Assembly: GCA_035490755.1 (NCBI GenBank)
Contig: DATJLC010000085.1
Location: 1-56,009 of the forward strand
Length of the DNA: 56,009 nucleotides
Source: Sphingobium sp.
Lineage (GTDB): Bacteria > Pseudomonadota > Alphaproteobacteria > Sphingomonadales > Sphingomonadaceae
Direction: 5' to 3'
Shown here piece by piece: positions 36,711 to 50,349 of the stretch. Every line of letters begins with the position of its first letter. Within the stretch, counting starts at the first letter, position 1. Under the pieces are notes generated by a model. The model searched no databases. It was not told the DNA's origin and saw only the letters and a program-made list of their open reading frames with translations. A program made the translations under genes and the position numbers.

Positions 36711-37544
36711 TCAGTTCGACCGCTCGGGGCGTCCGATGTCGAACGTCAGCGACGCGCGGTCGGAGAGGAAATCGAACCCGGCCTCGGTGGAGGGGACCAT
36801 CCGATTCGCGTGGATGTACCAGGTACCTGGGGTCGTCACCTCGAACGAGGCCTGGCCCTTCGCATCCGTTCGCATCAAGGTCGCACCGTCGTGGCCGCCT
36901 GCGGCGGGTGCGTGCGCCGCGGCGCCGACATAGACGCGCAGGCCCGGGACGGGGACGCCCTCGTGCAGGAGCTGCAAGGTGATGCGCTCGCCGACGCGGA
37001 CGCTGCCCGGATTGCGGTCGAGCCGGATCTCTAGCGGGTAGCCCAGCGTCGCAGCGGAGTCACCCGTCAAGTCACTGCCGGCCTGGCCGATGGCACGCGC
37101 GTGCTTCATGTACCCGTAGGTGACGCCCTTCGGGTACTTGCTGGCATCGAATGTAGCCAGCGTGTCGGGCAGGTCTTCAATCGCCAGGTATTCGGCAAAC
37201 TCCTTGGCGGTGCGCGTGCTGCTTGAACGCTTCGAGGACAGGCCCACCATGAACGTTCCTGTCGCGCCCGGCTTGATCGTCAGCCGGCTCTGGTCGCCCT
37301 CTTCCGTCCAGGTCGTGAGTTCCGGCTTCGACGCAACCCCGCCCTGGTGCAATGTGAGGTCGCGGATCCGGTCTTTGCGCACTACAGCCGCGCTCTGATG
37401 AAACGTGCCGTTGTTGACGACCACCACCTGTTCGCGAGAACCCGAGGGCGCCGGCTTGAGCGTGATGAAAAGTTCATGGGCTTCAGCAGTTGCTGCTGCA
37501 GCGAGCAATAACACTGCTGCCGCGGCGTTCAGAACGGTTTTCAT
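36711..37544 (-). CDS. DUF4198-like periplasmic metal-associated protein
   Basis: AEAH signal cleavage with N-terminal His, LGYPLEI, RTDAKGQASF..PGTW, ASLTF. Confidence 0.75.
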   Translation of the reverse strand: MKTVLNAAAAVLLLAAAATAEAHELFITLKPAPSGSREQVVVVNNGTFHQSAAVVRKDRIRDLTLHQGGVASKPELTTWTEEGDQSRLTIKPGATGTFMVGLSSKRSSSTRTAKEFAEYLAIEDLPDTLATFDASKYPKGVTYGYMKHARAIGQAGSDLTGDSAATLGYPLEIRLDRNPGSVRVGERITLQLLHEGVPVPGLRVYVGAAAHAPAAGGHDGATLMRTDAKGQASFEVTTPGTWYIHANRMVPSTEAGFDFLSDRASLTFDIGRPERSN

Positions 37545-37706
37545 TTTTGGTCCTTCCAAGGATTTAGTTGGCGAGCTTTGATCGAGGGTGCCTTCAAGGG
37601 CATCGTGCACGCTCCACCGCCAGCAGAAAACTCTGACGTCGGGTCCAAGGTTTGAGTGCATGCCCGTACGGGAGCGATCGACCTGACCGGATCGACACGC
37701 TTCCCA

Positions 37707-37733
37707 GCCGCCCGCCGAGTGTCGGCGGGCGGC
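37707..37733. terminator. GC-rich stem-loop after cusF-like gene
   Basis: GCCGCCCGCCGA-GTG-TCGGCGGGCGGC perfect 12-bp stem. Confidence 0.55.
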
Positions 37734-37739
37734 ACCAAA

Positions 37740-38138
37740 TCACTTGGAGGGCGACACTTTGCTCAAGCGAGCTTGGCCATTCGCTTGCTCAAATTCGAAG
37801 TGAATCGCATCCCCGGGCTTGACGCTCGCGATCTGCTCGGGCGTGGCCTGGAACGCCATGGTCATGGCCGGCCACTTCAGGGCCTCGATGGGGCCGTGCG
37901 AGATGGTGATGGTGCCTGCGGAGGCGTCCGCCGCCGTGACCTCACCCATCCCCATCACCATGCTGGCAGCGGGCTGCGAAGTCGGCGAAGCCGCCGGGGC
38001 GTCCGCGGCAGTGGCCGGCGGCGCCTGCTCGGTAGCCGCCGGCTCTGCCGGTGCGTCGGCTGGTGGTGCGGTGTCGGAAGCGGGTTTCGTGCAGCCCGCC
38101 AGCAGTGCCAGCGAAACAAGGGCGATGTGCAGTCTCAT
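37740..38138 (-). CDS. cusF: CusF-like copper/silver-binding lipoprotein
   Basis: LAGC lipobox; ITISHGPIEALKWPAMTMAF His/Trp/Met/Met motif. Confidence 0.88.
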   Translation of the reverse strand: MRLHIALVSLALLAGCTKPASDTAPPADAPAEPAATEQAPPATAADAPAASPTSQPAASMVMGMGEVTAADASAGTITISHGPIEALKWPAMTMAFQATPEQIASVKPGDAIHFEFEQANGQARLSKVSPSK

Positions 38139-38259
38139 CAGGAGTCTCCAGGATCGTGGGTAGGGAAAGCGCTGTAGGGCTGCAAACCTGCTCCGCGGCA
38201 GCCTCGCGGTCGTAAGCATTTCTCGTCAGCGCACCGGGACGCTTAGAGCGACGCGCATG

Positions 38260-40282
38260 TCATGTGCGCGGCGATAGATCGTTGCCGTTTGGAGCCGCGC
38301 CATGGGGGCGCGTCGTCCTGCGAATGCGGCGGCGCTCCAGCAGGCGATATGCCACGGGAATCACAAGCATCGACAGCAACGGCGCGCTGAGCATCCCGCC
38401 GACCATGGGCGCGGCGATTCGCTGCATGACTTCGGCGCCCGCGCCGCCGCCGACGAGGATCGGGAACAGGCCCGCGAGGATCACCGCCACGGTCATGGCC
38501 TTCGGACGCACGCGCTGCACGGCGCCTTCCCGGATCGCCTCGTCGAGCTCGGCAAATCCAGCCGCCGGATTGCTCGCGAGCTGCTCGTCCCACGCATGGC
38601 GCAGGTACAGCAGCATGATGATTCCGAACTCGGCTGCCACGCCCGCCAGCGCAATGAAGCCGATCAACGTCGCGACGGACACGTCGTGCCCGAGCAGCCA
38701 CACCAGCCAGAGCCCACCCACCAGGGCGAACGGCACGCTCAGCATGATGATCGAGGCCTCCGCCAGCTTGCGGAACACCAGGAAGATGAGTCCGAAGATG
38801 ATCAGCAACGTGGCGGGCACGACGATCCGCAGGCGCTCGCTCGCACGCCTGAGGTATTCGTATTGCCCTGACCAGCCCACCGCATAGCCGGCCGGCATCG
38901 GCACCTGCTCGGCGACCGCTCGCTGAAGATCGCGGACGACCGAGCCCAGGTCGCGATCGACAACGTCGACATAGACGTAGTTCGTCAGCCGCGCGTTGTC
39001 GCTTCGCAGCATCGGCGGCCCGTCGGAGTAGCCGATGTCCGCCACCTGCCCAAGCGTCAATTGCACGCCACCGGGTGCGATGATCGGCAGGTTCGCCAGC
39101 GCCTGCGGCGAGTCGCGCATCCCGCGCGGATAGCGCACCACGACCGGATAGCGCTCGCGGCCCTGGATCGTTTCGGCGACGGGTTCGCCACCGATGATGG
39201 TCGCGATGATGCGCTGGATGTCCGCCTGGCTCAGTCCGTAGCGCGCCGCCGCCTCGGGACGGGCGGTGACATCCAGATAGCGTCCGCCCACGATACGCTC
39301 GGCCAACGCCGAGCTCACGCCGGGAACGGTCTTGGCAACCTGCTCGATCCGGTCGCCCAGCCGGGCGAGCACCTCGACGTCGGAGCCGGAGATCTTGATG
39401 CCGATCGGGCTTTTGATGCCCGTGGCCAGCATGTCGATGCGGTTGCGGATGGGTGGAACCCACAGGTTCGTAAGCCCTGGCACCTGCACCGCCGCGTCGA
39501 GCTCCTGGCGGAGCTTCTCCGGCGTCATGCCCTCGCGCCATTCGCTGCGCGGCTTGAACGTGATCGTCGTCTCGAACATCTCAAGCGGCGCGGAGTCGGT
39601 CGCCGTCTCCGCACGACCGGCCTTGCCGAACACGTGCTCCACCTCCGGCACCGTCTTGATCATCCGATCGGTGACCTGCAACAGCTCGGAGACCTTTCCG
39701 GCCGACAGCCCCGGGAGCGCCGTGGGCATGTAGAGCAGCGTGCCCTCATTCAGCGGCGGCATGAATTCGCTGCCGAGCCTGGCGTAGGGGATCGCGGTCG
39801 CCATGAGCACGAGCGCCGCCGCGGCAAGCGTCGAACGCGGGTGCTTGAGCACGGCCTCGAGCAACGGGCGATAGCCCCGGATCAGGATCCGGTTGAGCGG
39901 GTTCTGCGCTTCGGGCCGGATCCTGCCGCGGATCAGGTAACCCATCAGCACCGGCACCAGCGTGATCGACAGGCCGGCGCCCGCCGCCATCGCATAGCTC
40001 TTGGTGTACGCGAGCGGCGAGAACAGGCGACCTTCCTGCGCCTGAAGCGCAAAAACGGGCACGAATGAGAGCGTGATCACCAAAAGACTCACAAAGAGCG
40101 CCGGCCCCACCTCGATCGAGGCTTCGGCCATGAGCTTCCAGCGCTCCTCCCCTACCGGCTCGCGCCCGGTCCGCTCCTTGAAGTGCTCCAGGTGCTTATG
40201 CGCGTTCTCGATCATCACGACTGCCGCGTCGACCATCGCGCCGATGGCGATCGCGATGCCGCCGAGCGAAAGCAGGTTCGCG
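38260..40282 (-). pseudogene. cusA: CusA-family heavy-metal RND pump, N-terminally truncated
   Basis: Begins abruptly at ANLLSLGGIAIAIGAMVDAAVVMIEN (TM4 region); EFMPPLNEG, LEMFETT, RIDMLATG; no cusB/cusC upstream. Confidence 0.9.
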
Positions 40283-40284
40283 TC

Positions 40285-41475
40285 TCACGGCCGCATCGCC
40301 CGCATGAGACGGTGGATCTCCACGCACATCAGCAGCAGGTCCTGCGGCGTGATGAGCCCTGCGTGCATCGTCGCGTTGCGCACGGGCTTCAAGCGATGGA
40401 ACGATTCGGACACGTTTTCCTTTCGTGCGAACACCGGCTGGAATACGTCCCGCCAGTTGTCGCCGCGAATGATGATCTGCGGGTAGTCCATGAAGTCGGC
40501 ATGGTCCAGCAGGGAACTGCGAGCCATCCGCGCGGCCTCGGCATCCTGCTGCCGGGCCTGCCAGCGCGCGATGATGTCGGCGTGCACGCGCTGGCGGATC
40601 CGGCCGGGTCCGATGACCTGCGTCATGCGCTCATCGATGAAACGCCGCACCGCGTGCTCGAAGTGCAGCAGCCAGGCATAGGCGGACTTGGAGCCTTCGA
40701 AGTCGGTCGCCTCCGCGGGATCACCCTGCCCGCTCGGCAACGCAGGCAGCACCAGGCCCGCGCGGTCCAGCAAGTCGGTGAACGTCGTCGCCGGGAACGC
40801 GGTGAGCGCAGGCTCCACGCCGCGCTCGATGTAGAGCACGGTTCGCGCATCCGCATCGCGCGGATCGACAGGCTCATCGACCGGCTCGCGCCAGTCGCCC
40901 AGATCCTCACGAAGCGAGCGGGCAAATGCGGTGTCAAAGCCCAGGTTCTGCCTGACGGCCAAGCCGATGGTCTGCAGCTCGAGCGCGGCGTTGAACGAGG
41001 CAATCTCGCGTCCGAGGTCCAGGTAGGGCCGCCGAATCGCCGCCATGGCCTCCTGCAACTGGCGCTGGCTGCGCGCCTGCTCGCTCTGCAGCCAGTCGGC
41101 GACGGGATTGCGCGTGAGCTCGGCCATGAGCCGGCCGATCTCGGCGGCTGCGGGCGTGCGGAACTGCTCGACGGGGAAGGCGGTGAGGGCGCGCAGTTGG
41201 GCCTGCGCCGCCTGCATGTCGCGCACCAGCGTGCCCATGGGATTGTCCGCGATCAGCGCGCGTGCCTGCGCCATCGCGTCGCCGATGTGGGGCATCTGAA
41301 GAGCCTTCAAAGCCTCCCGGACGGAGGCGGACGGACCGAGCGCGAGCTGGCGCATCTGCTCGGCGATCAGGGTCCGCGTGCGCAGTGCCTCGCCCGGAAT
41401 GACCGCCAGCGCCCGTGCGGGGCCCTCGGCGGAGGGCGGCGGATCGGCGGCAGGAAGATCGTCATCGGCGCTCAT
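40285..41475 (-). CDS. Swt1-like HEPN domain protein
   Basis: C-terminal FEHAVRRFI...ADFMDY..II...NW..VF...RNATMH (R-x4-H); long helical N-terminus. Confidence 0.75.
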   Translation of the reverse strand: MSADDDLPAADPPPSAEGPARALAVIPGEALRTRTLIAEQMRQLALGPSASVREALKALQMPHIGDAMAQARALIADNPMGTLVRDMQAAQAQLRALTAFPVEQFRTPAAAEIGRLMAELTRNPVADWLQSEQARSQRQLQEAMAAIRRPYLDLGREIASFNAALELQTIGLAVRQNLGFDTAFARSLREDLGDWREPVDEPVDPRDADARTVLYIERGVEPALTAFPATTFTDLLDRAGLVLPALPSGQGDPAEATDFEGSKSAYAWLLHFEHAVRRFIDERMTQVIGPGRIRQRVHADIIARWQARQQDAEAARMARSSLLDHADFMDYPQIIIRGDNWRDVFQPVFARKENVSESFHRLKPVRNATMHAGLITPQDLLLMCVEIHRLMRAMRP

Positions 41476-41485
41476 CCACGGCTCC

Positions 41486-42187
41486 TCATCGGTGGCGGCG
41501 CAACTCGCGCTCGTGCAGGACACGCTCCACGCGCCCCGGTGTGCGTTCGACCGTCACGGTTCCTGCCACCGGGTCGATCCGGTAGGTGAGGTAGTAGAGC
41601 TGGCGGGCATCCGACAGTGGTTCGGGGCGGAATGCGGCGAGGCAACTCCCCTCGGGCCAGCGTGCGGCCGGATACAGAAGCCCGGGCAGTCCCTGCCCCG
41701 CTGCGTGACGGGCGATCGCCTGGGTCGCGGCGTAGTCGCTATCCAGGAGCTCAGGATGCTCGAGCTCCTTACCGCGCAGCTCGAGAAACAGCCCGTTCGC
41801 CTCGACGGAGAACACCTTGCGATAGCGCACCACCGTCTCGGTGACGCCTTCGATCGCGCGCAGCTGCGCCAGCTGGTGCCAGCACGTCTCGGCGAGCGCC
41901 GTGTCCTCCTCCAGCGCCCCGTACCAGACCCGCAGGCGGCCGTCGCCATAGCGGCTCGACAGCGCCGAATCCGACGCGAATGGGTATTCGATCGCCTGCG
42001 AGTAGGCCAGGCCCCGCGCGATGACCCCGGTCTCGGCAATGCGCATCCGAAGATCCGCGGCTACTGCGGCGGCGCGGCCACCGGCATCGGTGACGAGGTC
42101 GTCGAACAGGTTCTCGGAGACGCGCAGCGAGGTGATGTTGCGAAAGACGCGATCCTTGAACTCGGTGAGGCGGTCGAACAGGGCCAT
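41486..42187 (-). CDS. RES-domain toxin (NAD+ phosphorylase/ADP-ribosyltransferase family)
   Basis: SRYGDG..VWYGA....TALAET, DYAATQAIA, GLLYPAAR..G.C.A.F. Confidence 0.85.
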   Translation of the reverse strand: MALFDRLTEFKDRVFRNITSLRVSENLFDDLVTDAGGRAAAVAADLRMRIAETGVIARGLAYSQAIEYPFASDSALSSRYGDGRLRVWYGALEEDTALAETCWHQLAQLRAIEGVTETVVRYRKVFSVEANGLFLELRGKELEHPELLDSDYAATQAIARHAAGQGLPGLLYPAARWPEGSCLAAFRPEPLSDARQLYYLTYRIDPVAGTVTVERTPGRVERVLHERELRRHR

Positions 42188-42594
42188 TACTGCCCGCGCT
42201 GGAAATCAACCAGGCGCGCGATGCGAGCCAGCCCCACCAGCCCGTCCTCGAGCATCACCTCGAGCGGCGTGCGCCCCTCGAGCACCTGGTTGCGGCGCGT
42301 GACCCAGCTGTAGCGCAGCTCGGGGTTTTCGGGAAACAGAAGGCGTAGCCCCTTGTGGATGCCCATGAGGTAGCCGGCCCGGTCGAGCGCGTCGCGCTGG
42401 TTGGGCAGAGCGCGCTCGCCCCGCCGGTAGAGGCCGAGCAGCTTGCGGCTTTCGGGACTCAGGCCCAGCAGCGAGAGTTGCGCATCGGTCGGCAAGGACC
42501 AGCGCTCGAAGAGTGCCATCAGCACCCGGGCCAGGTCGGTCCGGGTCTGGTCCTCGACCAGCGACGGCGCTTGCAGAGCTGTTTCCATGTCCAC
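42187..42594 (-). CDS. Xre/MbcA/ParS antitoxin
   Basis: RAGYLMGIHKGLRLLF...WVTRRNQVLEGRTPLEVM...DFQRG; stop overlaps toxin start. Confidence 0.88.
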   Translation of the reverse strand: MDMETALQAPSLVEDQTRTDLARVLMALFERWSLPTDAQLSLLGLSPESRKLLGLYRRGERALPNQRDALDRAGYLMGIHKGLRLLFPENPELRYSWVTRRNQVLEGRTPLEVMLEDGLVGLARIARLVDFQRGQ

Positions 42595-42706
42595 AGCATA
42601 CGGGGATAAGTCCCCAGCAGCAAGCGGGCCGCTCTGGGAGGACTTGTTATCGACTCATCGCCGATCCGTGACAGGAGCACGAAAAAACTGAATACCAGCG
42701 CAACCG

Positions 42707-42725
42707 AATGACGCATCGCGTCATT
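42707..42725. promoter_or_regulatory. Palindromic operator-like site
   Basis: AATGACGC-ATC-GCGTCATT perfect 8-3-8 dyad between divergent TA and protease genes. Confidence 0.45.
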
Positions 42726-42929
42726 TTCTGACCTGCACCGTGATCCATGGTCACGGGTTTCGTGCGGCGCTCGTCACAGTTCCGAGATATTGAATGGCCT
42801 ACACGGCCTGCCAATTTCGTTGCAGTTCGCCGCGGCGCCTAGCGTCGGTGGCGCAGGCATCGACGCCTGCCTTCCCGGCGCCCCTGCCCCCGGCGCCTTC
42901 CTCCCCGTTACAGGCAAGGAAACGCAACG

Positions 42930-43754
42930 ATGAAGTTGAACCGCATTGCCGCGATCACCCTCGGTGCCGCCGCCGTCCTCACCGCCTCGATCGCGACCGC
43001 CAGCCACACCTGGAACAACTACCACTGGGCCCGCACGGGCTCGTCCTTCACCCTTCAGATCATCGACAGCAACACGTCGAACTGGGACGACGAACTCGCG
43101 CGCGCGGCCTCGGACTGGTCGAAGTCGACCAAGCTCGACATGCGCGTGACGAGCTACAACGATGCGGCCAGCACGCGCCAGAGCTGCCCGATGTCGGCCG
43201 GCAAGGTGCGTTCGTGCAACTACACCTACGGCAACAACGGCTGGCTGGGCCTGGCGTCCATCAACCTCGACTCCCGCGGCCACATCTCGCAGGGCACGTC
43301 GAAGATGAACGACAGCTACTCCACGTCGTTCTCCAGCCAGAACCAGCGCTGGCATGTGATGTGCCAGGAGCTCGGTCACACGATCGGCCTGGGCCACACC
43401 TCCGAGGACGGCTCCTCGCAGAACACCTGCATGGACTACTCGACCTCCTCGACCAGCGTCTCGCCGAACACGCACGACTACAACCAGCTCGTCTCGCAGT
43501 ACGGCCATACCGACAGCTACAACAGCTATTCGGTGTCCTCGGCCGCGTCGGCTGCCTATGTGCCGCCGGCCCAGGCCAATGCGCGGCTGGCGCCGTCGCA
43601 GCGCGCCATGATGGGCAACGTGCCGCTGGGCAACCGCATCAAGAAGGGCATCTTCGACGAGGTCTATGTGGCGCCGGACGGCAAGGGCGGCGTGTTCGTC
43701 ACCCACGTGCTGCTGGCTCCGGGCTTCGAGAACACCGACCTGCTCGGCGACTGA
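42930..43754 (+). CDS. Secreted metzincin-like metalloprotease, paralogue 1
   Basis: Signal peptide; QELGHTIGLGH zinc motif variant; NTCMDY Met-turn. Confidence 0.75.
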   Translation: MKLNRIAAITLGAAAVLTASIATASHTWNNYHWARTGSSFTLQIIDSNTSNWDDELARAASDWSKSTKLDMRVTSYNDAASTRQSCPMSAGKVRSCNYTYGNNGWLGLASINLDSRGHISQGTSKMNDSYSTSFSSQNQRWHVMCQELGHTIGLGHTSEDGSSQNTCMDYSTSSTSVSPNTHDYNQLVSQYGHTDSYNSYSVSSAASAAYVPPAQANARLAPSQRAMMGNVPLGNRIKKGIFDEVYVAPDGKGGVFVTHVLLAPGFENTDLLGD

Positions 43755-43770
43755 TCGATCCACTGCACCC

Positions 43771-43803
43771 CCGGAAGGACGCCTCGGCGTCCTTCCGGCT
43801 TTC
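43771..43803 (+). terminator. Intrinsic terminator-like hairpin between the paralogues
   Basis: CCGGAAGGACGCC-TC-GGCGTCCTTCCGG followed by CTTT. Confidence 0.6.
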
Positions 43804-43814
43804 TACCTGACACC

Positions 43815-44600
43815 ATGAAGATCGCACGCAAGAGCCTGGTCCTCGCGACCGCCGCCGCCGCCCTCGCGGTGTCACTCGCCGCCAGCGCGGGCCATACCTG
43901 GAACAACTACCACTGGGCGCGCACGACCAGCGAGTTCACCCTGCAGGTCATCGACAGCAACACCGCCGACTGGGACGACGAGCTCAGCCTCGCGCTCTCG
44001 CAATGGTCCAAGTCGACCAAGGTCGACATGCGCGTCACCGGATATGACGACACCAGCCGCACTCGCAAGCGCTGTGCGGCCGTGTCGGGCAAGGTGCGCT
44101 CCTGCAACGCGGCTTACGGCAACAACGGCTGGCTCGGCCTGGCGTCGATCAACCTCGACTCCAAGGGGCACATCGTCCAAGGCACGTCCAAGATGAACGA
44201 CAGCTACTCGGCCTCGTTCGCGAGCCAGGACGAGCGTCGCCACGTGATGTGCCAGGAGCTCGGGCACACCCTGGGCCTGGGGCACACCTCCGAGGACGGC
44301 TCCTCGCAGAACACCTGCATGGACTACTCGCAGTCCTCGACCAGCACCGCGCCGAACCAGCACGACTACGACCAGCTCGTGGCGCAGTACGGCCACCTGG
44401 ATTCCTACAACAGCTACTCGACCTCTTCGGCGATGACCGCCTCGCAGGGCGCGATGGCCGGCCCCGTGCCGATGGGCCAGCGCATTCGCAAGGGCGTGTT
44501 CGAGGAGACCTGGGTGGCACCTGATGGCCGCGGCGGCATCTGGGTCCACCACGTCACGCTCGCCCCGGGCTTCGAGAACACCGATCTGCTCGGCGACTGA
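43815..44600 (+). CDS. Secreted metzincin-like metalloprotease, paralogue 2
   Basis: QELGHTLGLGH, NTCMDY; shares HTWNNYHWART and APGFENTDLLGD with paralogue 1. Confidence 0.75.
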   Translation: MKIARKSLVLATAAAALAVSLAASAGHTWNNYHWARTTSEFTLQVIDSNTADWDDELSLALSQWSKSTKVDMRVTGYDDTSRTRKRCAAVSGKVRSCNAAYGNNGWLGLASINLDSKGHIVQGTSKMNDSYSASFASQDERRHVMCQELGHTLGLGHTSEDGSSQNTCMDYSQSSTSTAPNQHDYDQLVAQYGHLDSYNSYSTSSAMTASQGAMAGPVPMGQRIRKGVFEETWVAPDGRGGIWVHHVTLAPGFENTDLLGD

Positions 44601-44675
44601 TCGGGGGATAGCCGGTCGGTGGGCATGGATGCCCCCGACCGGGATCCTTGATGCCACTCCCTACGAGACCCTCTG

Positions 44676-45185
44676 ATGCCCTTGCTTCGCACACCGCTGC
44701 TCGCCCTGGCCTTCGCCCTCGCCTTTGCGGCGCTGCCTTCCCCGTCTCCCGCTGCCGAGCCGGCAGCAGACGACACCAAGGCCGTCGAAGCCGTGCTACG
44801 GCAGTACAAGGACGCGCTCGAGCGACTGGACCTGAGGGGCGTCGACGCGCTCTTTGCTGCGAGAAACACGGTGGTCGAATCGGGCAAGGTCGAAGGCAGC
44901 TATGCCGACTACCTGGTCCACCACATCGGGCCCGAGCTGGGCCAGTTCAAGTCGTTCAAGTTCTCCGACTACAAGGTCGACACGCGCATTGAAGGCGACA
45001 TCGCGCTCACCACCGAGGCCTACCGCTACACGATCGTGCTCAAGGACAAGCCTGAGCCGATCGAGCGTCAGGCGGTCGCGACCAGCGCGCTCAAGAAGAT
45101 CGACGGCCGGTGGCAGATCCTGTCGATGCACAACTCCTCGCGCGCGCCGCGTCCGCCCAAGCCCACCGCTGCGCCCAAGCATTGA
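44676..45185 (+). CDS. Exported NTF2/SnoaL-like (DUF4440-type) protein
   Basis: Signal peptide; YADYLVHHIGPEL; LKKIDGRWQILSMHNS. Confidence 0.75.
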   Translation: MPLLRTPLLALAFALAFAALPSPSPAAEPAADDTKAVEAVLRQYKDALERLDLRGVDALFAARNTVVESGKVEGSYADYLVHHIGPELGQFKSFKFSDYKVDTRIEGDIALTTEAYRYTIVLKDKPEPIERQAVATSALKKIDGRWQILSMHNSSRAPRPPKPTAAPKH

Positions 45186-45247
45186 CAGCCACGTCATAAC
45201 CGAAGCGACACCGAGCACAAGGAGCAGTGGCGCCTTGGGAGCACGCC

Positions 45248-46144
45248 TCATGCATGTCCTCCATGGTCCCCACAGCTCGCGGCTTCCACTTGCAAGGTCG
45301 CATGCTCGATGTGGAACTGCCTCGCCAGCAGGCTGGCAGCTGCGGCACGGACGGTATCGGGGCCGGCGGTAGCATCGCTCAGCACCAGATGCGCCGTGAG
45401 TACCGGCTCCTTCGAACCCAGCGCCCAAACGTGCAGGTCATGGACCTCGCTGACGCCCTCGAGAGTCTGCAGCGCACTGCGGATCGAGCCCGTATCGAGG
45501 CCCTGCGGTACGCCCTGCATCAGCACCTGTCCCGCCTCACGCAATAGCGTCCAGGTTCTCGGCAGGACCCACAGCCCAATGAGCACGGCCAGGACGGGGT
45601 CGACGACCGTCCACCCCGTGAGCTTGATGACGATCGCCGCGACGATGACGCCGACCGAGCCCAGCATGTCAGCCCATACTTCGAGATAGGCCCCTTTAAC
45701 GTTGAGGCTCTGGCCGCTGCCGGCCTTCAGCAGACGCATCGACATCAGGTTGACCGCGAGGCCCAATCCCGCGATCACCAGCATCCCGGTCGAGGCGACC
45801 TCGGGCGGTTCGCGGAATCGTCCGACTGCCTCCCACAAGATGTAGAAGGCGACGACGAACAGAAGCACCCCGTTGATGAGGGCACCGATCGCCTCCATCC
45901 GCGCGTAGCCGTAGGTTCGCTTGGCATCGGGCGGCTTGCGGCTCAGTCGCACGCCGACAAGCGAGATCGCTAGCGCGATGACGTCGGTGGCCATATGCGC
46001 CGCGTCCGATAGCAGCGCCAAGCTGTTGGTCAGGATGCCCCCGACGACTTCGGCAACGAGGAACACCGCGGTCAGTCCGAAAACAATCCAAAGCGGCTTT
46101 TCGTGCTTGATCTCGCCAGTGCCGTGATCGTGTCCTGCGCCCAT
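45248..46144 (-). CDS. czcD: Cation diffusion facilitator (CzcD/ZitB)
   Basis: SLALLSDAAHMATD, TYGYARME, HDLHVW, HATLQVE. Confidence 0.9.
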   Translation of the reverse strand: MGAGHDHGTGEIKHEKPLWIVFGLTAVFLVAEVVGGILTNSLALLSDAAHMATDVIALAISLVGVRLSRKPPDAKRTYGYARMEAIGALINGVLLFVVAFYILWEAVGRFREPPEVASTGMLVIAGLGLAVNLMSMRLLKAGSGQSLNVKGAYLEVWADMLGSVGVIVAAIVIKLTGWTVVDPVLAVLIGLWVLPRTWTLLREAGQVLMQGVPQGLDTGSIRSALQTLEGVSEVHDLHVWALGSKEPVLTAHLVLSDATAGPDTVRAAAASLLARQFHIEHATLQVEAASCGDHGGHA

Positions 46145-46145
46145 G

Positions 46146-50345
<4,200 letters not shown>

Positions 50346-50349
<4 letters not shown>

